A stretch of 64,000 nucleotides of DNA from an uncultured delta proteobacterium (GCA_963727445.1 CAVSGI010000012.1:128001-192000); one strand, 5' to 3'; positions 37,980 to 48,021 are shown, numbered from the stretch's first letter. Numbers and translations are program-made. Notes: generated from the sequence alone by a model not told the origin.

Positions 37980-38990
37980 ATGCGTCGTTCCATCTTCGTC
38001 ATCCCCCTCCTCGCGCTCGTCCTCGTCGCGCTGCCCGACTCGCTCCCCAGTCGCGCTGGCGCACAGGAGACCACCACGCTCCGTCTGGCCACGCTCGCAC
38101 CGCGCGGCACGGCGATGGAGCGGGCCTTCGCGCGCTGGAACCAGCAACTCTCCGAGCGCACCGGCGGCCGACTTCGCATCCGCGTCTACTACGGCGGTGC
38201 GGCCGGCGACGAGCGCACCGTGGTGCGCAAGATGCGAAGCAGCCAGCTCGACATGGCCGCGGTGACCACCACTGGGCTCGGCATGATCGTGCGCCAGGCG
38301 ATGGTGCTGTCGGCGCCGGGCGTGATCGAGACCTATCCTCAGCTCGACGCCGTGCGCAACGCCCTCGCGCCCGAGCTCGCTCAGGAGTTCGAGGACGCCG
38401 ACTTCAAATTGCTCGGATGGGGCGACGCCGGCATGGTGCGGCTCTTCTCGAAGCGCCGGATCCTCCGTCCCCAGGACATGCGTTCGGCGCGCGTGTGGGT
38501 GTGGCGGGACAACCCGGTCTTCGTCGCCACCCTCGAGGCGATGGGCGTTCGCGGCGTACCTCTCGCGCTCCCCGAGGTGCTGAGCGGCCTGTCGACCGGA
38601 CGCATCGACACCTTCCCCTCGAGCGCGCTCGCGGCGGTGGGGTTGCAGTGGTACACGCAGGCGGACTACGTCTCGGCACAGGGGTCGGGGATCGTCGTCG
38701 GCGCGATGGTGATCAAGAAGTCGGTCTTCGACGGGCTCGACGCCGACATGCAGGCCGCGCTGGTCGAGACCGCACACGCGAGCGAGCGACGCCTGCAGCG
38801 CGGGGTGCGCACCTTCGACCAGCGCGCCTACGAAACGCTGGTGCGTCGCGGCATGCACGCCGTCGACGCCGAGGCCCATCGGGCCGAGTGGGAGGCGGTC
38901 GGGGAGCGCGCGCGTCGCAACCTCACCGGGCGACTCTTTCAGCCCGAGATCCTCGCGCGCGTCGAGCGGATCGCGGCGCAGCACCACTGA
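37980..38990 (+). CDS. dctP: TRAP transporter substrate-binding protein (DctP family)
   Basis: Signal peptide; LRLATLAPRGT, GDERTVVRKMR, EVLSGLSTGRID. Confidence 0.8.
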   Translation: MRRSIFVIPLLALVLVALPDSLPSRAGAQETTTLRLATLAPRGTAMERAFARWNQQLSERTGGRLRIRVYYGGAAGDERTVVRKMRSSQLDMAAVTTTGLGMIVRQAMVLSAPGVIETYPQLDAVRNALAPELAQEFEDADFKLLGWGDAGMVRLFSKRRILRPQDMRSARVWVWRDNPVFVATLEAMGVRGVPLALPEVLSGLSTGRIDTFPSSALAAVGLQWYTQADYVSAQGSGIVVGAMVIKKSVFDGLDADMQAALVETAHASERRLQRGVRTFDQRAYETLVRRGMHAVDAEAHRAEWEAVGERARRNLTGRLFQPEILARVERIAAQHH

Positions 38991-39004
38991 GCGGTCGCGG
39001 GCGC

Positions 39005-39236
39005 TCACGGCCTGCAGCCCCAGAACTCCCACGACGCGTCCGCGTCGTAGGAGGTCCTGCCGCTCATGTTCGCGTAGGTGAAGGCGGTCACGTTGCGGCG
39101 GACCATCCCGCACCGTGACGAAGTCGACACCTGGCGTGAGATCGGTGCGCGCTTCGACGATCAGACGATGCCCGCCATCATCGCAACCGGCGACGGCGAC
39201 GAGGGCCGCGAGGGCGATTGGCAGGCCGGCGCGCAC
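39005..39236 (-). pseudogene. Small lipoprotein or internally deleted remnant (frameshift at ~39108)
   Basis: Lipobox VAGC then RTDLTPGVDFVTVR; a frameshift gives MVRRNVTAFTYANMSGRTSYDADASWEFWGCRP-stop. Confidence 0.4.
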
Positions 39237-39261
39237 CGACGGGGGGATAGCAGAGGCGATC

Positions 39262-41703
39262 TCAGCTCTCGGCGTCGACCTTCGGGGGCTCGGGGTCCGG
39301 CACGGTCACGTCCGCAGGCGCGTTCGGGAGCGTGTCCTTCACCGTCGCCGTCGCCGCCGCTGGCGGGACCTCTCGTTCGGGCGGAGGTCGGGACGGCGGC
39401 TTCGAAGGCGGCCGCGACGGCTTCGGCGGTCGTACGCTCCCACCCTCGACTCCGAGACTCCCCTCGGTGGTCGGCGCATCGAAGAGCACCGGCTCGCCCG
39501 AGAAGTTGCGCGCGCTGTGCACCAGAAGCGTGGTCGGCAGGCGCTCGAGGATGGTGTTCATCCGTTCGAAGAAGGGCCCGGTTGGCTTGTCCTGATCCGG
39601 GAGCACGAAGCCGACGATCGCGAGATCGGCCTCGTCGGACTCGACATACATGATGTCGGGGATGCTGCGACCCTGGCGGAGGATCACGCGCGCCTGAGCG
39701 TCGAGGCGCGCCTGCGCCAACAGGTTCTTCAGGTTCTCTTGCGCGCGGCCGCGATCCTCGTCCCGGTTCACGACCGTGAGCACGGTGATGCGCGCGTTTC
39801 GCCAGCGGTAGTGAGCCGTGAGCAGGAACGCGAGCAGGAGCATGAGCCCCCCATTGCCCGCGAGGCCGCCCCACCAGATGTGGATCTCCTTGCCGTCGCC
39901 GAATTGCCGCTTGTCCTCGTACTTGACCAGGAGCAGGGAGCGGTCGAGGGTGACCAGATCGCGCAGCATGCTCACGTAGGCGTCGCTGCGCTCCTCTTTC
40001 TTCGGCCAGCCGAGCATCACCGAGTTCGCTTCGAAGCTGCCGATGCCGTAGCCCTGGGCTGTCGAGACCGCGCCGTCGTAGATGTCGTCCACGATGTCCA
40101 CGCGGTAGAAGACGTTCGGGAATTTCTCGGCGACCTTGGGCTCGTAGGTGTCGAAGAGATCCTTGCGGGTCTTCGCCATGTCGAGCACCGCGCCCTTGAG
40201 CAGGTGGAAGTACGTGACGATGCCGCGGTCCTGGACGATCGAGTTGCCGAGGTGCAGCAGGTGCGCTCGCTTGTTCGGGTTGCCGCCCATGATGATCAGG
40301 TTCGGCCGCCAGTTGAGCGGGTGGAACTCGACGCGCCTCAGGCGATGCAGCGCGCTGCGCACGAGCGCGGCCCAGATGCCGTGCCGCGCATCACCATAGG
40401 TGGTTCCGAGGGCGCGCCGCTGTGCGACGATGAAGATGACCGCGCAGATGACGAGAGCGGCGAACATCGCCACCATGTCGATGATGCTCATCACGTAGAA
40501 GCACGCGAGCGCGCCGGCGATGCTGAGCCCCGCCGGGACTCGGAAGGTGGGGCGGAAGCTGGGGCTCGCCGCCCACTTCTCGAGACCGCACGCGAGGTTC
40601 GTCACGCCGTAGGTGGCGAGGAAGAACATCGTCAGAACCGGCGCGATCAGGTCGAGGCTGCCGAGGACGATGCCCGCCTGGGCGAGGGCGAAGGTCAGAA
40701 AGAGGGCGTTGCGCGGCTCGTTCGTCGCGCCGAAACCCTTGCCGAGGAAGCGCGGCGCGAGGCCGTCCATGGCGAGCGCCTGGAGCGTGCGGGGCGCGGT
40801 GAGGATCGAGCCGAGCGCGCTCGAGAGCGTGGCGCCCCAGACGCCGAGGTAGATGGTCGGCGCGAGGATGCCCGCGATGGAGAAGACCGAATCCAGCTCG
40901 CTGATCAGCTGCTCGTTCGTGCGGTTCATCGCGAGCCAGATGGGGAAGCCCATGTAGACGACGAAGCCGACGAAGATGGCGGCGAGGGTGCCGCGCGGCA
41001 GCGCCTTGCGTGGGTCTTTCAGGTCGCCGCTCATCCCGACGCCCGCCATGATCCCGGTGACCGCGGGGAAGAAGACGGCGAAGACCATGGAGACCGACTC
41101 TCCGTCGGGGTTGCTCCATTCGATGGGGCTCGCCATCGGCGCCATTCCGTCGGTGATGAAAGGACCTGCGACGAAGCCGACCAGGGAGATGGCGATGGCC
41201 GCCATCACGAAGTACTGCGCCTTGATCGCCAGGTCGGCGCTCTTCAGCGACAGCCCGGTCAACAGGACGTTGACCACGGTGCCCACCACGATCCCCGCCG
41301 AACCCGAGAGGAAGGGGAAGATCTGCTGGAGCGACTCGACGAAGCCGACGATGTAGAAGGTGACCGAGAGCGCCTGGGCGAAGAAGAGCGGCAAGCCGAT
41401 CGCCGCACCCGCCGCCGCGCCCAGCGAGCGGCTGATCATGAAATACGCGCCGCCCGCGCCGACCGTCCGGTTGGTCGCGATCGACGACACCGACAGGCCC
41501 GTCGCCAGCGTGATCAGGTGGGAGACGACCACGATGCCCAGGCACCAGGCGAGGCCCACCTGTCCGGTGACCCAGCCCATGCGCATGTACATGACGACGC
41601 CGAGGATCGTCAGGATCGAAGGGGTGAAGACCCCCGAGAAAGCGCCGAAGCGGCCGCCACCACCCTGCGTGGAGCCGTTCGTCTGGCCGGATTCGTCGCT
41701 CAC
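39262..41703 (-). CDS. Cation-chloride cotransporter-like (SLC12/APC) permease
   Basis: GVFTPSILTILGVVMYMRMGWV, GGAYFMISRSLG, FFPAVTGIMAG, NWRP, IHIWWGG. Confidence 0.9.
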   Translation of the reverse strand: MSDESGQTNGSTQGGGGRFGAFSGVFTPSILTILGVVMYMRMGWVTGQVGLAWCLGIVVVSHLITLATGLSVSSIATNRTVGAGGAYFMISRSLGAAAGAAIGLPLFFAQALSVTFYIVGFVESLQQIFPFLSGSAGIVVGTVVNVLLTGLSLKSADLAIKAQYFVMAAIAISLVGFVAGPFITDGMAPMASPIEWSNPDGESVSMVFAVFFPAVTGIMAGVGMSGDLKDPRKALPRGTLAAIFVGFVVYMGFPIWLAMNRTNEQLISELDSVFSIAGILAPTIYLGVWGATLSSALGSILTAPRTLQALAMDGLAPRFLGKGFGATNEPRNALFLTFALAQAGIVLGSLDLIAPVLTMFFLATYGVTNLACGLEKWAASPSFRPTFRVPAGLSIAGALACFYVMSIIDMVAMFAALVICAVIFIVAQRRALGTTYGDARHGIWAALVRSALHRLRRVEFHPLNWRPNLIIMGGNPNKRAHLLHLGNSIVQDRGIVTYFHLLKGAVLDMAKTRKDLFDTYEPKVAEKFPNVFYRVDIVDDIYDGAVSTAQGYGIGSFEANSVMLGWPKKEERSDAYVSMLRDLVTLDRSLLLVKYEDKRQFGDGKEIHIWWGGLAGNGGLMLLLAFLLTAHYRWRNARITVLTVVNRDEDRGRAQENLKNLLAQARLDAQARVILRQGRSIPDIMYVESDEADLAIVGFVLPDQDKPTGPFFERMNTILERLPTTLLVHSARNFSGEPVLFDAPTTEGSLGVEGGSVRPPKPSRPPSKPPSRPPPEREVPPAAATATVKDTLPNAPADVTVPDPEPPKVDAES

Positions 41704-42583
41704 CGCGGGGGATTTTGGCACGAGAGGGCCGCAAAGCCGAAATCGAGATCGAATCCCGGATTTTTCCGGCGCCCGGGCGCCCGAGGGCCACCAGGGTGCC
41801 GCACCCTCCGTTCGCCTCCACGCGCGCCTTGCTGCTCATGCGCACGCGGAGGCCGCGACGCGTGAGCCGCTCGTAGGTCGCTTCGTAGCGTGCCCGTGAG
41901 ACGGGCCGACGGTCGGAGGTGACGACGGGGTTGAAGGCGAAGAGGTGGACCGGAAGCTCGAGGGGGAGGGCGCGCGCGGCGAAGGCGTCCACCTCGGCGT
42001 CGGCGTCGTTGTCGCCGTCGAGGAGCAGATAGGCGAGGGCGGTTCGCTTGCGACGGTTTCGACCCATGTCCGCGAGCGACTCGCTGACGCAGGTGAAGAG
42101 CTCCGCGAGGCTGGGCGCTTTCGGGACGAGGCGGGCGCGGGTCGCTTCGGTGCCGGCGTGCACGCTGAGCGTCAGCCCGTTGTGAGGTACCTCGGTCAAG
42201 AAGCGACGCAGATGGCGCGTCGGCCCGCCGGAGGTCGTCAGGCTCGGCTTGATCTGCGCCTGCCGGCACCAGGCGATGAAAGCTTCGACGGCGGCCGCCG
42301 CGTGCAACGGCTCCCCCACGCCGGAGACCGTCGTGCGGCGAACGTCGTGCCCCGCGTCCTCTACGGCTCGCACCTGGTCCCGGAGCTCCTCGAAGGACAG
42401 CGGTCGCGACAGGCCGAAGGCGCCCGAGGCGCAGAAAGGACATCCCACGGCGCAGCCGACCTGGCTCGAGACGCAGAGCGTGTCCCGTCGATACAGCACG
42501 GCCTCGACCCTCGCGCCGTCGTCCAGAACCACCTCGAACCGGCGATTCTGGACGCCCACGTACTCTTTTTCGAGGCGCAGCAC
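41700..42583 (-). CDS. RlmN/Cfr-like radical SAM methyltransferase (short form; probable frameshift near 3' end)
   Basis: LCVSSQVGCAVGCPFCASG, GVGEPL, SVHA, FNP, GGCGTL. The frame lacks a nearby stop; TGA 41700-41702 in another frame overlaps the permease GTG. Confidence 0.8.
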
Positions 42584-42724
42584 CGGCCGGATGTAGTTGA
42601 CGGGGCGCCGTGCTGCAACGTCACCGGTGCCCGTTCGCGGAGCACAGGGCTTGACGTCGCGCCCTCCCCGTTGGATCACTGCCCCACCTTTCGAGGCTTC
42701 TCGTCCCCCCAGGAGGTTGTGATC

Positions 42725-43141
42725 GTGGATGTTCTCCTCGCACCAGACGTTTTCGTGAACGCGTCGGTGGCCCCCAAGAGCCCGCCGGACCAGGTCGTGC
42801 AGCGTATCCTCGGCAAGCACAAGGGTCAGAGCGCCACGACCGATTGGATCATGGATCGCGTGGCCGCCATGCTCACCGCGGTGCCCGAGTTCAAGCCCGA
42901 CGCCGTCACCCAGCAGGTCGAGCTCATCAAGTCCTTCGTGAAGTCCGTGGACGTCGAGGGGGAGTTCGGTCCCGACGCGTGGGCTGACGCGCTGAAGGCT
43001 GCGGCGAGCGCGGCTGGCGCCAAGCGCGTGATCACCGACCACCCCGATCTCCTCGAAGCCGACGGTGGCGAGGTGGAGTTCATCTCCACCGAGGCCTGGC
43101 TCTTCGAGCAGAAGATGCCGCCGCCGCCCCCCGGGGGCTGA
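42725..43141 (+). CDS. Degenerate PIN-domain protein
   Basis: DVLLAPDVFVNA...AKRVITDHPDLL resembles PIN VLDTNV...IVTGDKDLL. Confidence 0.55.
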   Translation: MDVLLAPDVFVNASVAPKSPPDQVVQRILGKHKGQSATTDWIMDRVAAMLTAVPEFKPDAVTQQVELIKSFVKSVDVEGEFGPDAWADALKAAASAAGAKRVITDHPDLLEADGGEVEFISTEAWLFEQKMPPPPPGG

Positions 43142-43156
43142 GCTCTCGAGCGCCGC

Positions 43157-45226
43157 TCACTCGATCGCGCGCAGATCCGTGCGATCCGAGTCGCGGGAGA
43201 AGACGGGTGGCGTCCCGATGGGGGCGTCCACCATCGTGCGCATCGGTCCGTCGAAGCGCTCGCCGGTGAAGACGTGGAACCAGGCGCCCTCGGGGAAGTA
43301 CACCTCGCGTGAGGTCGCGCCCTCCTCGGTGACAGGCGCGACCATCAACGCATCGCCCAGGAGGAACTGATCCGAGACGGACCAGGCGTCACGGTCCTCG
43401 GGGAACTCGAGCATCAGGTGGCGCACCATCGGCGCGCTGCTCGCGGCAGCCTCGTCCGCCAGCGCTTCGAGCTCTGGCCGGAGCGCTTCGTGGATCAGAG
43501 CGAAGCGCCGGAAGTGGGCGATGGTCTCGGCGTCGCCGTCCCAGTTCCAGTTCTCCTCCCGCTTGTTTCCTTCGTGGGTGCGCATGACCGGCGCGAAGGC
43601 ACCGAGCTCGACCCAGCGCAGGTACACCTCCTTGGTGCTGGGGCCGCCGCTGAAGCCGCCGATGTCGAGGGTCACGTAGGGGATGGCTGCGATGCCGAGG
43701 TTGAGGAGCGCGGGGACCACCGTGGGCAAGCCGTCGTACTGGCTGAAGGTCGCTTCCTGATCGCCGACCCAGTGGATCATCGAATAGCGGTGAACGCCGG
43801 TCCATCCGCTGCGGGCGAAGGTCACGTAGTCGCCGTCGGGTCGGGCCATGGCGAAGGCCTCGGCGTTCGCGCGGTGCCACTCGATGGGGAAGCGCTGGTG
43901 AAAGGCGCGCGGGTCGCTGCCGTCGCCGAGCTGCGCGTCGAGGGGGGTCCACTCGCCGAAGTCGGCCATCCAACCGTCGATGCCGAGCCGCGTGACCGCG
44001 TCGGTCAGCGCGGCCTGGACGTAGGCGTGCGCTTCGGGCTTCGTGAAGTCGGGATGGCCGGCGGTGCCGTTGGGTGAAGTGAACGCATAGGGCGCGCCGG
44101 TCGGATCGTGGATCAGGAGATCGGCGGCGACCATCTCGTCCCAGTGGTTGGGCAGCTCGGGATCGACGAAGGGATTCACGTAGGTGAGGAAGCGCAGGCC
44201 GCGCCCGTGGAGCTCGTCGATCATCGAGGCGAGATCCGGGTAGTGCTCGGGATCTTCTTCCCAGCGAAACTGGACGCCGAGCCCGCCGTCGACGTTCACG
44301 CGCACGCCCGTCCAGTCCTGGCTCCACAGCGCCGTGACCGGGACCGACGCGGCCTCGAGCGCGTCGGCTTCGGCGAGCACCGCGTCGCGACCGCCCTGGA
44401 TGCTGATCCACGTCGACAGCGCCCAATCCGGAGGCTGGATGGGGCGCCCCACCTCGTCGCCGAGCTGGCGGATCACGTCGAGCGGCGTCGGTCCGTGAAA
44501 CACCACGGCCTCGAGCGGCTCCTCCGAGACCACCTCGAGGTAGGCCGTGCGCTCGTCGCTGGCGCAGACGTCGGCCTCCACGCGGTAGTCCGTGCGCAGC
44601 AAGAGGCCGTGCCCGCGGGCGTCGAGGACGTAGGGCATCGGGAAGTAGGTGGTGTGCGCGTCGCCCGCGATGATCCGCGCCGCGGTGGGATTGCGGCCTA
44701 CGCCCTGTTCACTCACGAAGAGCGTGAAGTCCTCGCCGCGCTGATCGGTGGCGTTGTATTGCTCGCCGAATCCGTGGAAGGAGCCCTCGGCGTCGCAGCG
44801 GATCGGGAGCGCCAGCGAGTCGTAGGGATCGTCGTCGACCGTGAAGGTGATCACCGACGTGTCGGCGGCCGCGCCGGGGGCGATTCGGAGGGTGGCACTG
44901 GTGTCGTCTTCTGTGGCGTAACGAACGATCACCGCGTCGGCGGCGAGTGAGACGCTTCCCACCTTCGTGAAGGGCGACACGACCTCCTCGAAGCGGCGGA
45001 AGGTCCAGATGCCGACCGGTGCGTCCACGCGCTCGCTGAAGTTGCGTCCCAAGAACGATGCGTCGCCGGTGGACCACAGCAGGCGTCCGTCGGCTGAAGC
45101 GAGCTCCACCGCGCCCCCGGTGACGGTAACCGTCGTGCCGTCCCTGAGCACCTGCATCTCTGGCACGGGATCACCGCCGCACGCGGTGAAAGTGAGGAGC
45201 AGAACGACGGCAAGGAGGCGGGACAA
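43157..45226 (-). CDS. Glycoside hydrolase family 31 lipoprotein (YihQ/sulfoquinovosidase-like clade)
   Basis: GFGEQY, WSQDWTG, GWMADFGE (nucleophile), WVGDQ (acid/base), DIGGF, MRTHEGN, DQFLLGD. Confidence 0.9.
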   Translation of the reverse strand: MSRLLAVVLLLTFTACGGDPVPEMQVLRDGTTVTVTGGAVELASADGRLLWSTGDASFLGRNFSERVDAPVGIWTFRRFEEVVSPFTKVGSVSLAADAVIVRYATEDDTSATLRIAPGAAADTSVITFTVDDDPYDSLALPIRCDAEGSFHGFGEQYNATDQRGEDFTLFVSEQGVGRNPTAARIIAGDAHTTYFPMPYVLDARGHGLLLRTDYRVEADVCASDERTAYLEVVSEEPLEAVVFHGPTPLDVIRQLGDEVGRPIQPPDWALSTWISIQGGRDAVLAEADALEAASVPVTALWSQDWTGVRVNVDGGLGVQFRWEEDPEHYPDLASMIDELHGRGLRFLTYVNPFVDPELPNHWDEMVAADLLIHDPTGAPYAFTSPNGTAGHPDFTKPEAHAYVQAALTDAVTRLGIDGWMADFGEWTPLDAQLGDGSDPRAFHQRFPIEWHRANAEAFAMARPDGDYVTFARSGWTGVHRYSMIHWVGDQEATFSQYDGLPTVVPALLNLGIAAIPYVTLDIGGFSGGPSTKEVYLRWVELGAFAPVMRTHEGNKREENWNWDGDAETIAHFRRFALIHEALRPELEALADEAAASSAPMVRHLMLEFPEDRDAWSVSDQFLLGDALMVAPVTEEGATSREVYFPEGAWFHVFTGERFDGPMRTMVDAPIGTPPVFSRDSDRTDLRAIE

Positions 45227-45228
45227 CT

Positions 45229-45831
45229 TCAGTTCTTCGAGCGATCCGGGCCGGCGGGCAGGAGCGCGGGCATCCGTTGCGCCACGTCCCTCACCGTGAT
45301 GCGCGGCCAGGGGACGTCCTCGGCGAGCCGGCCCATCGAGAAGCCGTCCATCAGCGTTCCATCTCGCAGCGCCCAGCCGCGGATCACGCCTTCGATCTCG
45401 AAGCCGCGACTACGAAAGAGGGTGATCGCGGGCTCGTCGTCGACGAAGACGTCCAGCTGGAAGCGAAGGATCCCCATCCATCGCTCTCCGAGCGCGAGCA
45501 GCTCGTCGAGTAGGTGGGCGCCGATACCACGGCCCTGAACGTCGTCCGCCACCGAGAGCCAGATGTCGGCCACGTGGCGTGCCCGAAGCGAGGGGCGCAG
45601 GCCGAGGCCGCCGACCGCCACGAGGTCGCCGTCCATCTCGGCGACCAGGATTCGCGAGGCGCTCTGCTCCGGGTCGAGGCGGCGCGCCACCTCGCTCTGT
45701 GGCTGATGAGGCGGCGCCAGGGTCGCAGCCTGGACCTTCTTCCCGCTCAGGATCGCCGCGACGGCGGGTGCATCCGACGATTCGTAGCCGCGGAGCTTGA
45801 TGCGGACCTTTTGCTTCTTGCGTGAGCCCAT
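45229..45831 (-). CDS. GNAT acetyltransferase (YhhY/AaaT-like)
   Basis: QGRGIG, LDVFVDDEPAITLF, GFEIEG. Confidence 0.85.
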   Translation of the reverse strand: MGSRKKQKVRIKLRGYESSDAPAVAAILSGKKVQAATLAPPHQPQSEVARRLDPEQSASRILVAEMDGDLVAVGGLGLRPSLRARHVADIWLSVADDVQGRGIGAHLLDELLALGERWMGILRFQLDVFVDDEPAITLFRSRGFEIEGVIRGWALRDGTLMDGFSMGRLAEDVPWPRITVRDVAQRMPALLPAGPDRSKN

Positions 45832-45944
45832 GCCGCGGAAAAGCTATTTCACGGGGGCCCTTCGGTCCAGGCGCCACTCGGTGCCGGCCTGGTCGGCGAA
45901 CGCCGGTGACCCGGAGCCGCGTCCGCTGGTAGGCTCGCATCGGC

Positions 45945-47267
45945 ATGCAGAGGCTCGCCGTCGTCATCGCCCTCTTCCTCGTCGCTTGTGGGGGTGGACC
46001 CCGTGGCCAGGTGATGAGCGCGGTCGACGCATACGACCTCGATCTGGCGATGCAGCGCTACGAGGAGTATCGCGCACGTGAGGGGGCGGATCCTGCGCTC
46101 CTCTCGCACGTCGCCGAGCTCCTCCTGGAGCAGGCCGCCGTCTCCGAGGACGAGGCCGCGCGCTCGGCCGCCTTCATGCAGCTCGGGATGGCGGGGACCG
46201 CGGCGCGCGCGGCCCTCGGGCGCCTGGCCACGCCCGGGCGGCCAGCGGCGGTGCGCGCGAAGGCGCTCGAGCTCCTCGCCAGGGCCGGCGACTCGGGGGC
46301 GGCGGAGGACCTCCGGGCGATGCTGGGCTCGGACGAGTACGCGGTGTTGGCGTCGGCGGTGACGGTCCTCGACGGCGACAGCGACCGCGCATTGCTGCTC
46401 GCCTATCTCGAGCACCCATCGGCCGAGGTGCGGAAGGTCGCCGCGCGGAAGCTCGCGGATGCGGCGCCGCTCGGAGAAGCACGTGCCGCCCTCGCCGAAG
46501 CGGCGCGCGTCGATCCCGAGCCCGGGGTGCGCGCTGCGGCCTGCGCTTCGCTCGGGGAGTACGGCGCGGACGCTTTCGAGATGCTTCGCGAACGTCTCTC
46601 CGACGCCGACTCTCAGGTGCGCCTGGCGGCGGTGCGGGCCCTGGTGCGTGCCGATCGCGCGCTCTCCCTCTCGGTCCTCGGGCCGCTCCTCGAGATGGCG
46701 CCCAACCCGGCGGGGATCGAAGCTGCGCGCGTTCTGGCCGGCGGTGGGCGGCGCCCTGGTGAGGAGGTGAGCGAGGAGCATCAGGAGGGCGAGACCCTGG
46801 CGCGCGCCTACCTGCGGCAAGCCCTCGAGTCGTCGGCGCCGAACCTGCGATCGCAGGCGGCGGTGGCGCTTTCGTCGCTGCCGGATCTCGTCGATCTCGG
46901 CGGGGTGCTGGCGGCCGCGCTCGAGCACGAGGAGGATCCGCAGGTCCGCCTGGGGATCGCGACCATCCTCGCGCGGGACGAGGAAACTCAGGCGAAGGCG
47001 CACGAGGTGCTGAAGGAGATCATGCGGGGAGAGGGGATCGAGGCGGTGCAGGCTGCGGGCTTTTTGGCGCGGGACGAGGTCTCCGGCGCCGCGGCGCGCC
47101 TCATCGAGCTCTCGAGGAGCACCGACGCGAACGTGCGACGTGTCGCGGTCCGCGCTCTCGCCCGCGACGCGCTCGAGCCCGACGCCGCGCGGGGCGCGTT
47201 GAAGGACGAGGACGAAGCGGTGCGGATCAGCGCGGCGGGCGGGATCCTCGCGGCGCGGAACGCGTGA
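45945..47267 (+). CDS. HEAT-repeat lipoprotein
   Basis: Lipobox LVAC; repeated VRxxAxxAL helices. Confidence 0.8.
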   Translation: MQRLAVVIALFLVACGGGPRGQVMSAVDAYDLDLAMQRYEEYRAREGADPALLSHVAELLLEQAAVSEDEAARSAAFMQLGMAGTAARAALGRLATPGRPAAVRAKALELLARAGDSGAAEDLRAMLGSDEYAVLASAVTVLDGDSDRALLLAYLEHPSAEVRKVAARKLADAAPLGEARAALAEAARVDPEPGVRAAACASLGEYGADAFEMLRERLSDADSQVRLAAVRALVRADRALSLSVLGPLLEMAPNPAGIEAARVLAGGGRRPGEEVSEEHQEGETLARAYLRQALESSAPNLRSQAAVALSSLPDLVDLGGVLAAALEHEEDPQVRLGIATILARDEETQAKAHEVLKEIMRGEGIEAVQAAGFLARDEVSGAAARLIELSRSTDANVRRVAVRALARDALEPDAARGALKDEDEAVRISAAGGILAARNA

Positions 47268-47274
47268 GCGAGGC

Positions 47275-47997
47275 TCAGCTGCCGCGGGCGATCAGCGCTT
47301 CGAGCCGGCGCTGATCGAATCCGGTGAGGATGGTGCCGCGGAAATCGATGACCGGGATGCCGGTCGGTCGAACGCCTGCGGCTTGCGCCTTCTGCTGCAT
47401 CTCCGCGCGCGCCTGACTGTCCCGCTCGACGTTCTTCTCCACGAAGGGGACGCCGCGTGATCGGAAGAAGCGCGCGGTCGACTTGCAGGCGTGGCACCAG
47501 TCGGCGCCGTAGATGATCACGTCGGCGTCCGCGACGTCGGCATTCGGATCCGAGGGCGGGGGATCGCCGGCGGCGACGGCCTCGGCCTCCTCGTCTCGGG
47601 GGGCGACGCCCTGGGCCTCGTCGACCATCGCGTCGTAGGCGTCGCGCCGCACCTGGTGTACTGCGTAGCTGCCTCCCTCGAGACTGGTGCGCAGATCGGC
47701 GACATAGACGAACTCGGGATCGAGGCGCTCGCCCGGCGGGATGCTGAGATCGTCCACGCGCACGTGTTGGCGATGCGCTTCCGGGACCTCGTCACGGGTC
47801 GCCGCGGTGTGCGGACCTTCCTCGTCGAACCACACGAGGAGGAGCCCTTCGAGGTCGCCCTTCACTTCGAAGGGAGGCTCGATGGGGGCACCCTCGAGGC
47901 CGGTCTGCTCGATTTCGTCGTCGGACGTCCCCGCGTGATCACAGGCGGCGGACGGGACGGTCAGCGCCAAGAGGACGAAAGCCACGCGGGGGAACAT
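47275..47997 (-). CDS. Glutaredoxin/NrdH-like domain exported protein
   Basis: IYGADWCHAC, GIPVID, GFD. Confidence 0.8.
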   Translation of the reverse strand: MFPRVAFVLLALTVPSAACDHAGTSDDEIEQTGLEGAPIEPPFEVKGDLEGLLLVWFDEEGPHTAATRDEVPEAHRQHVRVDDLSIPPGERLDPEFVYVADLRTSLEGGSYAVHQVRRDAYDAMVDEAQGVAPRDEEAEAVAAGDPPPSDPNADVADADVIIYGADWCHACKSTARFFRSRGVPFVEKNVERDSQARAEMQQKAQAAGVRPTGIPVIDFRGTILTGFDQRRLEALIARGS

Positions 47998-48021
47998 CCC
48001 GGGTAGCATGCACCAAGATCG

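Noticed and set aside
40391..43042. 883-aa radical SAM fusion ORF
   Set aside because: Only ~41770-42583 has RlmN-like motifs. The rest is out-of-frame read-through over the permease or antisense to the PIN-like gene.
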